The translations under genes and the position numbers were made by a program. From NCBI GenBank assembly GCA_963843685.1, contig CAWJLO010000005.1, positions 790 to 64,789 on the forward strand: a DNA stretch of 64,000 bases. The letters run 5' to 3'. This DNA is from an uncultured Chloroflexia bacterium (GTDB lineage Bacteria; Chloroflexota; Dehalococcoidia; DSTF01; JACRBR01). The notes below the pieces were generated by a model, which was not told the origin of the DNA, made no database searches, and was given only the letters and a program-made list of their open reading frames with translations. Positions 38,633 through 48,683 of the stretch are shown here, one piece after another (the stretch's first letter is position 1; each line of letters begins with the position of its first letter).

Positions 38633-41600
38633 CTATTCGAGCAGGTCCGTGTCGACGTCCGCCAGGCGGAGGCTCAGCACGCGGGAGACGCTGTCGGCGC
38701 CCATCGAGACGCCATAGATCGTGTCGGCCGTCTCGATCGTGCGGCGGTTGTGCGTGATGATGATGAACTGCGTCCGCTGCGAGAGCGCCCGCAGCTCCTC
38801 GACGAAGCGGCCGACGTTCGCCTCATCCAGGGCTGCGTCCACCTCGTCCAGCACGCAGATCGGCGACGGGTTCGCCTGCAGGAGCGCGAAGAGCAGCGCG
38901 ACGGCCGTCAGGGAGCGCTCGCCGCCGGAGAGCAGCGCCAGGGAGCCCAGCTTCTTGCCGGGAGGCTGCGCGTAGATCTCGACGCCCGGCAGTCCGTACT
39001 CGTCGGTCTCGCCCAGCTCCAGGCGCGCCGTCCCGCCACGGAAGAAGGCGCTGAAGTAGCGCTCGAACTCCCGGTTCACGAGCTTGAACGTCGTGCGGAA
39101 GCGGTCGCGGATCTCCGTCTCCAGCTCGCCGATCGCGTGGTTGAGCTGCTCCTCGGCCTGCGACAGATCGCCGAGCTGGCCGCTGAGGAAGTCGAACCGC
39201 TCGCGGCTCTCCTCGTACTCGCTGGCAGCTTCTTCGTTGACGGGGCCAAGCGCGCGGATCTGCGCCCGCAGGTCGGCGATCTGGTCGCGCATCTCCGTCG
39301 CGTTGATCGGCGCGCCGCCGCGGATCGGCGGCAGGTCCGGGCCGTCTTCGCTGCGCATCCATCCCGGCAGGTCGCCGGCGACGCGCGCGTACGACTCTGC
39401 CGGCTCGTCCTCGGGCTCCGGTTCTGGCTCGGGCGCGCGCTCGACGTCGCCGTCGGCCGTCGCGACGAACCCCTCGCCCTCCAGGCTCGCACGCAGCTGC
39501 TCCAGCTCGTCGCCGCGCGACCGGACGTCCGATTCGGCCTCGTAGACCATGCGCTCCGCGCTGCGGATCTTCTCGTTCGATTCGGCGAACTGCGCGGCGA
39601 GCGCCCGCTCGCGCGACTCAAGCTGCGTTGCCTCTTCGCGCGCCGGCTCCAGCTCCGCCCGCAGGGCGTCTGCTTCTTCGTTCTTCGCGCTCAGCTCGCG
39701 CTGCGTCGCGCCCAGGCGCGCCGCGACCGCCTGCGCCTCCTCGCGCATGCGCGTCTGCTGCTCTTCCTTCGTGGCGATCTGGCGCGCCAGGCGTTCGTGG
39801 CCCACGCGCTCCGCATCCGTCACCTGCCGCTCGGAGCGCAGCGCGCCGTCGAGGCTGGCGACGTGGGCGGCCTCCTCCGCGATAGCGTCGGCGAGGGTGC
39901 GCCGTTCGTCTTCCAGCTCCACCAGCGAGGCGCGCGCCTGCTGCTCGCGCGCCGAGGACTCTCGCGCTTCCGTCGCCCGCGTCTGGCGTTCCGCCTCGGC
40001 GCGCTCCCGCCGCTCGCGCAGCGTTTCGATTCGCTCGTCGCGTTGGCGGACGGTCAACGTGTGTGCGCGCAATCGCGCTGCAAGTTCCGCCAGTCGCGGC
40101 TTCGCCTTCGCCAGGTCCGTCTCGATGCGCGCGCCCGTCGTCCGCCGCACCTCGATCTCGGCCCAGAGTTCTACCGCGCGACGCTCGGACTCCTGATGCA
40201 GCCGCAACGCATCCCGCAGCGCCGACTCCTTCTCCTCGATCAGCGGCCGCAGCCGCGCAACCTCCGCCGGCAGGTCGGCCATCTCGCGCTCGCGTACGAA
40301 CGTCGCCTCGATGGTGGCTTGCGATCCCGCCGACACCGAGCCCACCGGCCGCACCAGCACGCCGTCCATCGTCGCCACAGCGCCCGCAAGGCCGCGGCGG
40401 ACCACGCGCTGGGCGAACGAGATGTCCTCCACCACGACCGTCCGGCCGAGCACCGTGTCGATGAGCTTGCGGTAGCGGCCCTCGCAGCGCACGAGGCCCG
40501 ACGCGACGCCGACCATGCCGCGCTCCTTGATCAGGTGCAGCGGCCGGGTCTCCTGGAAGCTGTCGAGCGCGTACATCGTCGCGCGCCCGCTGTCGCCTTC
40601 GAGCAGCAGCGCCGTCGCGTTGCGGATGTCCGCCTCCCGCTCCATCACGATCGCGAAGAGGTTCTCTGCCAGTGCGGCCTCGATCGCCTTCTCCAGCCCG
40701 GGGGGCACGCGGATCAGCTGACCGACCAGCCCCACGACGCCGCGCAGTTCGATGTCCGCGGGCACGGTCTCCCGCTTGATGATGCCGCCCGCTTCGAGGA
40801 TCATCCGTACGCCGGCGTCGGGCAGCTGCGGCGTCGTGTCCAGCGTCTCCACCAGCTCCAGCCGCACCTGCGCCGCCTCGAGCTGCGTCCGCAGCGAGCG
40901 CAGCTCCTCTTCGATGGCCGTCTGGTCGCGGCGATACGCCGCCGCGGCATTGATCTCGCGCTCGCGCTCCTTCGTGGCCTGTTCGAGCGTTGGCGCTACC
41001 TCCGCGGCCTCGCGCACGAGCCGCGCGTAGTCGCGCGCCCACGCCGCCACGTCGCCGATCAGCTTCTTCCGCTCTTCCAGCGACACGTCGCGCTCGCGGC
41101 GCAGCGCCGCCGCGTTGTCGGACGCATCCGTGATGCGCTTGCCCAGCTCCTCGACGGCGACAAGGGCACGCGCGGTGGCCTGCTCGTCGGCCATCGCTTC
41201 GCGCTGGAGCCGCAGCAGATCTTGCTCGACGGTCGCCAGCCGTTCGCGGTGCCGCCTCAACTCTTCCTGCGCGGTGGCCAGCGTCGCCTCCAGCTCGGCT
41301 GTGTCGGGTACCACGGCCGCGCTCGCCTGCGCCGACGCGTCGGCCCGCAACGCCGTCAGCTCCGCCGCCAGCTCCTCCAGCCGTTCGGCCAGCATCTTTC
41401 CGCGCTCGGTGTCGAGCGCGGCTCGCCGTTCCAAGTCGCTGACGTAGTCCCTCAGCTTGCGCAGTCGCTCTTCGCGCACGGCGATCTCGCCGCGCCGCTC
41501 GCCGATCGCCGCGCGCAGCTGGACGAGCCCGTCCTCGCACGCCTTCGCGTCGCGCTTGACCGCCTCGAACTCCTCCTTGCGCTGATCCTGCGTCGTGATC

Positions 41601-42331
41601 GCGGCCAGCAGCGCCTCGTTGACCTCGCGCCACTGGTGCCCGTACCACGCGTGCAGCGTCGTCGCCAACTCCGCCGCAAGCTCCCGGTACTTCCCCGCTC
41701 GCCCCGCCTGCCGCTCGAGCTGGTTGATGCGCGGCTCGATCTCGCGCACAAGCATGCGCACGCGGTCCATGTTCTCACGCGTCGCCTTCAGCTTGTGTTG
41801 CGCGTCCTCGAGCTGTGTGCGGTAGAGCCGCACCTCGGCTGCCTCTTCGATCAGCCCGCGCCGGTCCTCCGGCCGCAGGCTCAGCACCTGCTCAACCATG
41901 CCCTGGCCCATGAAGGCGTAGCTGTTCTGGCCGACCTGCGCCCGCATGAAGAGGTCGACGACATCGCGGAGCCGGACCTTCGAGTTGTTGATCAGGTACT
42001 CGTTCTCGCCGCTGCGGTACGCCCGGCGCGAGACGACGACCTCGTCGAACTCGATCGGCAGCCAGTGGCCGCTGTTGTCGAGCGTGATGTTCACTTCTGC
42101 GACGCCCATCGGCGCGCGCTTGTCGCTCCCGGCGAAGATCACGTCTTCGGTCTTGCGGGCGCGCAACATGCGGCTGGCGTGCTCGCCCAGCACCCAGCGC
42201 AGCGAATCGGCAACGTTCGTCTTACCGGTGCCGTTCGGGCCGACGACGCAGGTCACGCCCGTGCCGAACTGCAGCGCGGTCTTGTTCGCGAAGCTCTTGA
42301 AGCCCTGGATCTCCAGCTTCTTCAGGTACAA
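38633..42331 (-). CDS. smc: chromosome segregation protein SMC
   Basis: 1232 aa with N-terminal Walker A (GPNGTGKTN), long coiled coils, a hinge, the C-terminal signature LSGGERSLTAVALLFAL and Walker B DEVDAALD. A TTG start overlaps the rnc stop. Confidence 0.9.
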   Translation of the reverse strand: MYLKKLEIQGFKSFANKTALQFGTGVTCVVGPNGTGKTNVADSLRWVLGEHASRMLRARKTEDVIFAGSDKRAPMGVAEVNITLDNSGHWLPIEFDEVVVSRRAYRSGENEYLINNSKVRLRDVVDLFMRAQVGQNSYAFMGQGMVEQVLSLRPEDRRGLIEEAAEVRLYRTQLEDAQHKLKATRENMDRVRMLVREIEPRINQLERQAGRAGKYRELAAELATTLHAWYGHQWREVNEALLAAITTQDQRKEEFEAVKRDAKACEDGLVQLRAAIGERRGEIAVREERLRKLRDYVSDLERRAALDTERGKMLAERLEELAAELTALRADASAQASAAVVPDTAELEATLATAQEELRRHRERLATVEQDLLRLQREAMADEQATARALVAVEELGKRITDASDNAAALRRERDVSLEERKKLIGDVAAWARDYARLVREAAEVAPTLEQATKEREREINAAAAYRRDQTAIEEELRSLRTQLEAAQVRLELVETLDTTPQLPDAGVRMILEAGGIIKRETVPADIELRGVVGLVGQLIRVPPGLEKAIEAALAENLFAIVMEREADIRNATALLLEGDSGRATMYALDSFQETRPLHLIKERGMVGVASGLVRCEGRYRKLIDTVLGRTVVVEDISFAQRVVRRGLAGAVATMDGVLVRPVGSVSAGSQATIEATFVREREMADLPAEVARLRPLIEEKESALRDALRLHQESERRAVELWAEIEVRRTTGARIETDLAKAKPRLAELAARLRAHTLTVRQRDERIETLRERRERAEAERQTRATEARESSAREQQARASLVELEDERRTLADAIAEEAAHVASLDGALRSERQVTDAERVGHERLARQIATKEEQQTRMREEAQAVAARLGATQRELSAKNEEADALRAELEPAREEATQLESRERALAAQFAESNEKIRSAERMVYEAESDVRSRGDELEQLRASLEGEGFVATADGDVERAPEPEPEPEDEPAESYARVAGDLPGWMRSEDGPDLPPIRGGAPINATEMRDQIADLRAQIRALGPVNEEAASEYEESRERFDFLSGQLGDLSQAEEQLNHAIGELETEIRDRFRTTFKLVNREFERYFSAFFRGGTARLELGETDEYGLPGVEIYAQPPGKKLGSLALLSGGERSLTAVALLFALLQANPSPICVLDEVDAALDEANVGRFVEELRALSQRTQFIIITHNRRTIETADTIYGVSMGADSVSRVLSLRLADVDTDLLE

Positions 42332-43072
42332 CTAGGCGATCTCCTGTTCGTCGATCTCGTTCAGCGCGCGTTGCGCCGCTTCCTTCTCGGCCATCTGCTT
42401 GCTCCGGCCCTCTCCCACTCCCAGCGGCTTCCCGCTCACCATCACCTGCACCGTGAAGCGGCGCGCGTGGTCGGGCCCCTCGGTCTTCAGGAGCTTATAC
42501 GACGGCGTCGTCTGCCATCGCGACTGGATCACCTCCTGCAGACGCGACTTCGGGTCGTGCGGCATGCCTTTCTTGCGCAGCGCCTGCAACTCGTCCTTCA
42601 GCGTCCGCCGTACGAACGCGCGCACCGCCGCGATGCCGCCATCGAGGAAGATCGCGCCGACGAGCGCCTCGTACGCCCGCGCCATGTTCGTCGGCCGGCG
42701 CCGGCCCCCCGCTGCGTCTTCACCCCGCCCGAGCTGCAGGTACTCCCCCAGCTCGAACCGCGCCGCCGCGCGCGCCAGCGTATCCCGCCGCACCAGGTGC
42801 GCCCGCAGCTCGGTCAGCTTCCCCTCGTCGACGTCCGGGTACTCGTTGTAGAGCTGCTGCGCGACGACCACGCCGAGCGCCGCGTCACCGAGGAACTCCA
42901 GCCGCTCGTTGGAGCCAACGTCGATGCCGGGGTTTTCGTTCAGGTAGGACGTGTGGACCAGCGCCTGCTTCAGCAGGCTCGGATTCTTGAACTTGAGGCG
43001 CAGCCGCGCTTCGAGCTCCTTCCAGTCCGGCACGGTCCCACCTCTCGTCGCGGGGAGCCCTCGAACGCCCAT
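42332..43072 (-). CDS. rnc: ribonuclease III
   Basis: ERLEFLGDAALGVVVAQQLY (the RNase III signature) plus a C-terminal dsRBD. The longer upstream extension to 43213 is Ala/Arg/Pro-rich and unlikely to be coding. Confidence 0.85.
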   Translation of the reverse strand: MGVRGLPATRGGTVPDWKELEARLRLKFKNPSLLKQALVHTSYLNENPGIDVGSNERLEFLGDAALGVVVAQQLYNEYPDVDEGKLTELRAHLVRRDTLARAAARFELGEYLQLGRGEDAAGGRRRPTNMARAYEALVGAIFLDGGIAAVRAFVRRTLKDELQALRKKGMPHDPKSRLQEVIQSRWQTTPSYKLLKTEGPDHARRFTVQVMVSGKPLGVGEGRSKQMAEKEAAQRALNEIDEQEIA

Positions 43073-43333
43073 GGCCCCGAAAACGAAGACGACCGCCCGG
43101 GGCGGTCGTAGCGCGCGGCAATCGAACGGTGCGACCGGCGCCCGATCTGCTCGGGGATGCCGCGGCACCCCTGCGCGGATCGCGCCGTTCACGCTCCAGC
43201 CGGTTGCGGCCATCGGGGTTCCTTCCCCACGCGTCCGCTTACCCGATTGAACCCGCCCGTCGCCGAACCGTGCTGATCATAGGTACCCGCCGGTCGGAGT
43301 GTCAAGGCGAGGCGCCTGCCTATACTGCGCCCG

Positions 43334-44617
43334 ATGACAACCATGAGTCCGTCTCCGGCGGAACTGTCACGCGACCTTCGTACGGCCCTGGCGCCACCTG
43401 TCCGAAACGCCCTCGACGCGATCGTGGCTGCGGCTGGCGGCGCCGCCGTCTACGCGGCCGGCGGCGTGCCGCGCGACCTGCTCCTAGGCCGCGCGCCTCG
43501 CGATCTCGACCTCGTCGTCGAAGGCGATGCGATCGCCGTCACGCGGACCGCGTTGCCGCAGGTCAGGATCGTCACCCATGCGCGCTTCGGCACCGCGGTC
43601 GCGACGGTCGGCGGGGCCACCATCGACGTCGCGATGGCCCGTGCCGAAACCTACGCGCGACCAGGTGCGCTGCCCCGTGTGCGTCCCGCCTCGATCGACG
43701 ACGACCTCCACCGCCGCGACTTCTCGGCCAACGCCATCGCGCTGCGTGTCGACGGCGAGCCTGGGCTGCTCGACCCTTGCGGCGGTATCGCCGACATCGC
43801 GGCGCGCCGCCTTCGCGTCCTCCACGACGCGTCCTTTACCGACGATCCCACGCGCATCTTCCGTGCGCTCCGCTACGCCGCCCGGCTTGGATTCACCCTC
43901 GACGCCCACACCGCCGCCCTCCTCCGGGACGGTGCTGCGTTCATCGAGGCGTTGAGCGGCGCGCGCGTCCGTCGCGAGTTCGAGCTGATCTTCCAGGAGG
44001 AGACAGCGGGGATCACGCTGGAGGCCTGTCAGGTGGCGGGTGTGCTGCGAGCGGTGCACACCGCGCTGCGTTGGGATCACGCGCGCTCGCAGGCGCTGGC
44101 ACTGCACGCCGGACGCGCGCCGCGCCCGTTGCTGGGGTTCGCGCTGCTCGCCGGTGCGGCGTCACCGGACGACGCCGACGAGATCAGCGCGCGGCTGCGT
44201 CTCACGCGGCTCGAGGCCGCCGCCGTGCGTGCGATGCCCGCGCTGGCCGCGGTCGCTCCGACGCTCTCCCGCCGCGAGGCGAAGCCGTCCGGCGTCGTCG
44301 TACTGCTCGATCGCTTCCCGGCAGCTGCGGTCGCGGCGTTTAGCGGCATCGCGCCCGAGCCGATTGCGAGGCAACTGGCCCTTCGTTACCTTGACGAATG
44401 GCGGCGCGTGAAGCCGCTCCTGACGGGACGCGACCTCCAGGATCTGGGCGTGCCCGCCGGTCCGCAACTTCAGCGAGGCTTGCAGCTGATCCGCGCAGCC
44501 CGCCTCGACGGATGGGCGAGCGAGCGCGACGATGAGCGTGCGCTGGCGATGCGCTTCGCAAAGAGCATCAAGGACTCGGCCGCGGCCACGTCCGCCCTGG
44601 AGCTTCATGACGACTGA
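43334..44617 (+). CDS. cca: CCA-adding tRNA nucleotidyltransferase / poly(A) polymerase family protein
   Basis: GGVPRDLLLGRAPRDLDLVV...RRDFSANAIAL (Pol-beta NTase head domain). Confidence 0.8.
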   Translation: MTTMSPSPAELSRDLRTALAPPVRNALDAIVAAAGGAAVYAAGGVPRDLLLGRAPRDLDLVVEGDAIAVTRTALPQVRIVTHARFGTAVATVGGATIDVAMARAETYARPGALPRVRPASIDDDLHRRDFSANAIALRVDGEPGLLDPCGGIADIAARRLRVLHDASFTDDPTRIFRALRYAARLGFTLDAHTAALLRDGAAFIEALSGARVRREFELIFQEETAGITLEACQVAGVLRAVHTALRWDHARSQALALHAGRAPRPLLGFALLAGAASPDDADEISARLRLTRLEAAAVRAMPALAAVAPTLSRREAKPSGVVVLLDRFPAAAVAAFSGIAPEPIARQLALRYLDEWRRVKPLLTGRDLQDLGVPAGPQLQRGLQLIRAARLDGWASERDDERALAMRFAKSIKDSAAATSALELHDD

Positions 44618-44912
44618 ACCACAGCGGCAAACGTACACCTGCGTGGTCTGCGGCGAGCCCGTCACCGCGGCGATGTCGGCGGAGTGCAACTGGTGCGACG
44701 GCCGTTACCATCTCAACCAGCGTAACGACGTCGATGCCAAGGACTGCGGCGCGGTGTGGATCGATGAGCAATATTTAGCGCTTCAGTTTGCCTGTCAGAA
44801 CTGCCTCGACAGCCAGTCCGCAGACTCAGCGTCGGGACCCACCGCGCGCGAGTCAACCGCGGCGCCACGCCCCGGTGCCGCCCGCCCGCGCCGTTACAAG
44901 AGGCGCGAGTGA
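44607..44912 (+). CDS. small Cys-rich (zinc-ribbon-like) protein
   Basis: The ATG overlaps the cca stop. CVVCGEP...CNWCDGRYH...CQNC, with an unusually AT-rich codon patch (GAGCAATATTTAGCGCTTCAGTTTGCC) and a basic tail. Confidence 0.4.
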   Translation: MTTEPQRQTYTCVVCGEPVTAAMSAECNWCDGRYHLNQRNDVDAKDCGAVWIDEQYLALQFACQNCLDSQSADSASGPTARESTAAPRPGAARPRRYKRRE

Positions 44913-44928
44913 ACGGCGGCCGTCCGTA

Positions 44929-45315
44929 GTGGCCAGGAAGAAGCGCCAGCGACCGGCCGAACAGGCGGCGTCCTCCCCGGTGCAACACGCCGCCGTGACC
45001 GTGTCGGACACCAGCCCGACGCCCGCACGCGCTCACCCTGATTGGCGCTGGCGGACGTTTCCCGTCCTGTGCGCGTTCGTTGTCGGCCTGCTCGCCGCCA
45101 GCTTCATCAACGGCCGTCCGAACAACAGCGTCGCCGCCATCGTGCAGATCGCCGCACTGCTTGGCGTCAGCTACTGTCTCGCCCACCTCTTCGTCATGAA
45201 CGTCGTCGTCGCCGGGCGCATCAAGCGCCGCCAGCAAGCGGCGGAGCGCGGCGAGCAACTCGACGAAGACTTCGAGGAAGAGCTCGTCTACCCCGACGAC
45301 CCGCCGTCGCCCTAG
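44929..45315 (+). CDS. small membrane protein (2 TM segments) with an acidic tail
   Basis: GTG start; FPVLCAFVVGLLAASFI...IVQIAALLGVSYCLAHLFV; C-terminal EDFEEELVYPDDPPSP. Confidence 0.3.
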   Translation: MARKKRQRPAEQAASSPVQHAAVTVSDTSPTPARAHPDWRWRTFPVLCAFVVGLLAASFINGRPNNSVAAIVQIAALLGVSYCLAHLFVMNVVVAGRIKRRQQAAERGEQLDEDFEEELVYPDDPPSP

Positions 45316-45752
45316 ATCTCCCGCGACAGCCAGGCGACGCCCGGGCGCTGGCACGGCCAATCGCGGCGCGGCAGCGGCCGGTACCCCAGCCTGATCCAGA
45401 AATACATGCTGATCCCGTGCGCCGCCGTCGCCGGTGCGTACACCACCCGAGAGCCCGCACGTCGCAGCGTCCCCTCGACGAGCGCCGCCGCCGCCATCCC
45501 GGCGCCGCGCCGCGCCTGTTCGCGAGGCATCGCCACCATCGTCAGCATCGCGGCGTCGCGCGATGGTTCGTGCAGCCGATAGGCCACCACGCCCGCGTCC
45601 GCTCCGTCAGCCACGACGATCCGCAGCGTTTCGTTCGCCATCCACTCAGCGAGATCGAAGTCGGCGTGTCCCGCGTTCGCCGCGACCTCCGGCAGCCACG
45701 TATCGAGCCACGTTGCGTCGTCCGCACGGCTCTCTCGCAGCGCGATGTTCAC
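45312..45752 (-). CDS. GNAT family acetyltransferase
   Basis: A GTG start overlaps the dinG stop (GTGA). VVAYRLHEPSRDAAMLTMVAMPREQARRGAGMAAAAL. Confidence 0.5.
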   Translation of the reverse strand: MNIALRESRADDATWLDTWLPEVAANAGHADFDLAEWMANETLRIVVADGADAGVVAYRLHEPSRDAAMLTMVAMPREQARRGAGMAAAALVEGTLRRAGSRVVYAPATAAHGISMYFWIRLGYRPLPRRDWPCQRPGVAWLSREI

Positions 45753-48580
45753 GCCGGCGCCACCGCGTCCGGCCGCGCGAGCCACGCCGCCGCTTCGCCA
45801 CCGAGATCGCGCAGCGGCGGCTCGCGCAGGTCGCACGGCGGCAGCGATCGCAGGAACGAGTCGCCGTACCGCTTGCTGCGCAGCCGCCGATCCAGCACGA
45901 CCATCACGCCGCGGTCCGTCTTGCGCCTGATCAACCGCCCGAACCCCTGCTTGAAGCGCAGGATCGCCTGCGGCAGCGCGTACTGCTCGAACGGCTGGTC
46001 GAAGAGATCGGACCGCGCCTGGAACACCGGGTCGGACGGCACCGAGAACGGCAGCCGCGCCATCACGAGCAGCGACAGCGCCTCCCCCGTCACGTCGACG
46101 CCCTCCCAGAAGCTCGCCGCACCCAGGATCACCGTGCGATGGCTCTCGCGCAGCGTCGTCAGCAGCTGCCGCGGCGAGCCGTCGATCCCCTGCCCCAGCA
46201 CCAGGATCTCGTGCTCCTCCAGCGGCCGCTTGATCCCGTTGTACGCGGCCCGCAGTCCTGCGTGCGAGGTGAACAGCACCAGCGCCCGCCCCTCGCTCGC
46301 CCGCACCAGCTCGATAATCGCCTGCTGCACCGCTGCCAGGTACCCGTGCTCATTCGGCTCCGGCATGTCGCTCGGTGCGAGGATCAGCGTCGACCGGCGA
46401 TAGTCGAAGGGCGACCCGAGCAGCAGCTCGCGCGAGTCGTCAAAGCCGAGCCGCCCCTTGGTGTAGTCGAAGTTGCCGTCGGTGCTCAGGGTCGCGCTCG
46501 TCAGCACGACGCTCTCCTTCGGGCCGAACAGCCCCGCGCGCAGTGTCTCCGCGACGGAGAGCGGCGCGCTCGCCAACGTGGGCGCGGCGGCGTCGCGTCG
46601 AGGCATCGTCAGCCAGCAGATCGTGTCGCGCTCGTCCTTGCCGATGATGTGTGTCAGTCCGGCGCGGAGCTGCTCCCCGGCGTCGTACAGCTCGGCCGCC
46701 TCCGCCGTCACGGCGTCGCAGTCCAGCACGTCGGCCGGATCGGCCTGCGTCAGCGCCTCGTGCAGCTCCTCGACCACGCCGAGGACTGATGCGATTAGCT
46801 CCTCCGTCTCGAACCACGCCACCTCGACATCCGACCAGTCGGGCTGCACGCGCATCGCGCGGTTGATCATGATCCGCTCATCGTAGTCGTTGCGCCCGCT
46901 CGAGTGCTGCTGGCCGAACTCCAGCAGGAGGCGAAAGAACGGCGGCACGCGGTCTCGCGCGCGCGTCACGGCCTGCATCAGCGTCCGCGCGAGCGCCTGC
47001 AGCTGCGGTGCCGGCCCTAGCAGCTGCTGCGACACGCGCGTCGCCGCGAACACCGTCCCGACGAGTCCGCCTTCACGATCCCGCGCAAGTCGCGTGTGCA
47101 GCCGGTCGAGCCACGCCGCGACGTCCGCCTCTGACGCCGCGAAGCCAAACTGGCTCGTCGCCTCGTCCTCCAGGTGGTGCGCTTCGTCGACGACGAGGTT
47201 GTCGTACTGCGGTAGCACGTTGCCACCCGTGCGTACGTCGGACAGCAACAATGCGTGGTTCACCACGACGAGGTGCGCCGACTCCGCGCGCTTCTTCGCC
47301 CGCCACAAGAAGCACGAGCCGTCGCGCACGTATTCGCACTGCATGGCGATGCAGCCGCCGTCCTGCGCGCTCACCCTGGCCCACGGGAGATCTTCCTCGC
47401 GGCGGAGGTTCAGCTCGGCGCGGTCGCCCGTCGTCGTGTGCGCCAGCCAGAACAGCAGCCGCACCAGCACGCGCGCCTCCTCCGGCGCAAGACTCGCCGC
47501 CTTCGTCGCCGACGCCCACCGCAGCAGGCACAGGTAGTTGCGCCGCCCCTTGAGCTGCGTCACGCGCAGGTCCTCGGGCCCGATACCCGCCGCCGCGAGC
47601 AGCCGCCGCGCTATCGGCACGTCCTGGCCGATGATCTGCTCCTGCAGGTTGATCGTGTTCGTCGAGATCACGGCCCGGCTGTTGTTCCGCACCGCGTGCA
47701 GCGCCGTCGGGATCAGATACGCCAGCGACTTTCCGACGCCCGTCCCCGCCTCGACGATCAGTTGATCACCCTCCGCGATCGCCTCAGCGACGGCGCGTGC
47801 CATGCTCGCCTGCTCGGGCCGCTCCTCGAATCCTTCCAGCGCCTCACGTGCCGCGCCCGACGCGATCAGAGCCGCGGCTTCGTCGGGCGCGACCGTGATG
47901 CGTCGCGTCGAGGGCGGCGACGCCTCGTCGATCCGCGACGGCGCCTTCACGAAGCCGTGCACCATGCCGTCGTGCTCGCCGTCGCCGGGCCGGCGCGGGT
48001 GCTCGACCGCGACTTCGCGGAACAGGTGCCGCAGGGTCCACGAGCTGGCGCCGGAGATGCGGTCCGCCTCCGCGAGCAGGTCACGCGGCGACGCAGCTAG
48101 CCGCTCGCGCAGCGCCAGGAACACGCGCATCGCCGCTTCCGCATCCGCCCCCGCGCGGTGTCGCGTCTCGAACTCGATCTGGAGGTAATCGGCGATCGCG
48201 CCCAGGGAGTGCTGCCGCAGGTCGGGCAACAGCAGGCTCGCCAGCTCGAACGTGTCGTACGTCGGGCCGAACACCTGCACGCCCTTGCGTGCGAGGAAGC
48301 CCGTGTCGAACGTCGGGTTCTGACCGACCACCGGGTCCATGCCGATGAACGTTTCGATCTCGCCCGCGATGCTGCCGAAGTGCGGCGCGGCCTCCAGCTC
48401 GTCGCCGGCGATCCCTGTCAGCAGCGCGATGCGGTACTCGAGCTTGCGCTCCGGGTTGACGAGCGAGTGATACGTGGCGATGGGGCCGCTGGTATCGAAG
48501 CGGATCGCCGCGACTTCGATGATCTCGTCGTGCTCGGGGTCGAGCCCCGTCGTCTCGAGATCCAGTGAGACGTATGCCAT
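45749..48580 (-). CDS. dinG: DinG-family ATP-dependent helicase with N-terminal DnaQ-like 3'-5' exonuclease domain (Gram-positive type)
   Basis: The N-terminus reads MAYVSLDLETTGLDPEHDEIIEVAA (exo I motif). The helicase core has VEAGTGVGKSLAYL, DEAHHL, a Fe-S Cys cluster and C-terminal motifs. Confidence 0.85.
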   Translation of the reverse strand: MAYVSLDLETTGLDPEHDEIIEVAAIRFDTSGPIATYHSLVNPERKLEYRIALLTGIAGDELEAAPHFGSIAGEIETFIGMDPVVGQNPTFDTGFLARKGVQVFGPTYDTFELASLLLPDLRQHSLGAIADYLQIEFETRHRAGADAEAAMRVFLALRERLAASPRDLLAEADRISGASSWTLRHLFREVAVEHPRRPGDGEHDGMVHGFVKAPSRIDEASPPSTRRITVAPDEAAALIASGAAREALEGFEERPEQASMARAVAEAIAEGDQLIVEAGTGVGKSLAYLIPTALHAVRNNSRAVISTNTINLQEQIIGQDVPIARRLLAAAGIGPEDLRVTQLKGRRNYLCLLRWASATKAASLAPEEARVLVRLLFWLAHTTTGDRAELNLRREEDLPWARVSAQDGGCIAMQCEYVRDGSCFLWRAKKRAESAHLVVVNHALLLSDVRTGGNVLPQYDNLVVDEAHHLEDEATSQFGFAASEADVAAWLDRLHTRLARDREGGLVGTVFAATRVSQQLLGPAPQLQALARTLMQAVTRARDRVPPFFRLLLEFGQQHSSGRNDYDERIMINRAMRVQPDWSDVEVAWFETEELIASVLGVVEELHEALTQADPADVLDCDAVTAEAAELYDAGEQLRAGLTHIIGKDERDTICWLTMPRRDAAAPTLASAPLSVAETLRAGLFGPKESVVLTSATLSTDGNFDYTKGRLGFDDSRELLLGSPFDYRRSTLILAPSDMPEPNEHGYLAAVQQAIIELVRASEGRALVLFTSHAGLRAAYNGIKRPLEEHEILVLGQGIDGSPRQLLTTLRESHRTVILGAASFWEGVDVTGEALSLLVMARLPFSVPSDPVFQARSDLFDQPFEQYALPQAILRFKQGFGRLIRRKTDRGVMVVLDRRLRSKRYGDSFLRSLPPCDLREPPLRDLGGEAAAWLARPDAVAPA

Positions 48581-48683
48581 GCGTGGTCGCGGTCTAGACG
48601 GCAGGGCGATCCGGCCGAAACGGCGAAGGATCTGCCTGCGCGTGCGCGAAGTCTAACACGCAGGCATACGGCGAATCGCGCGC

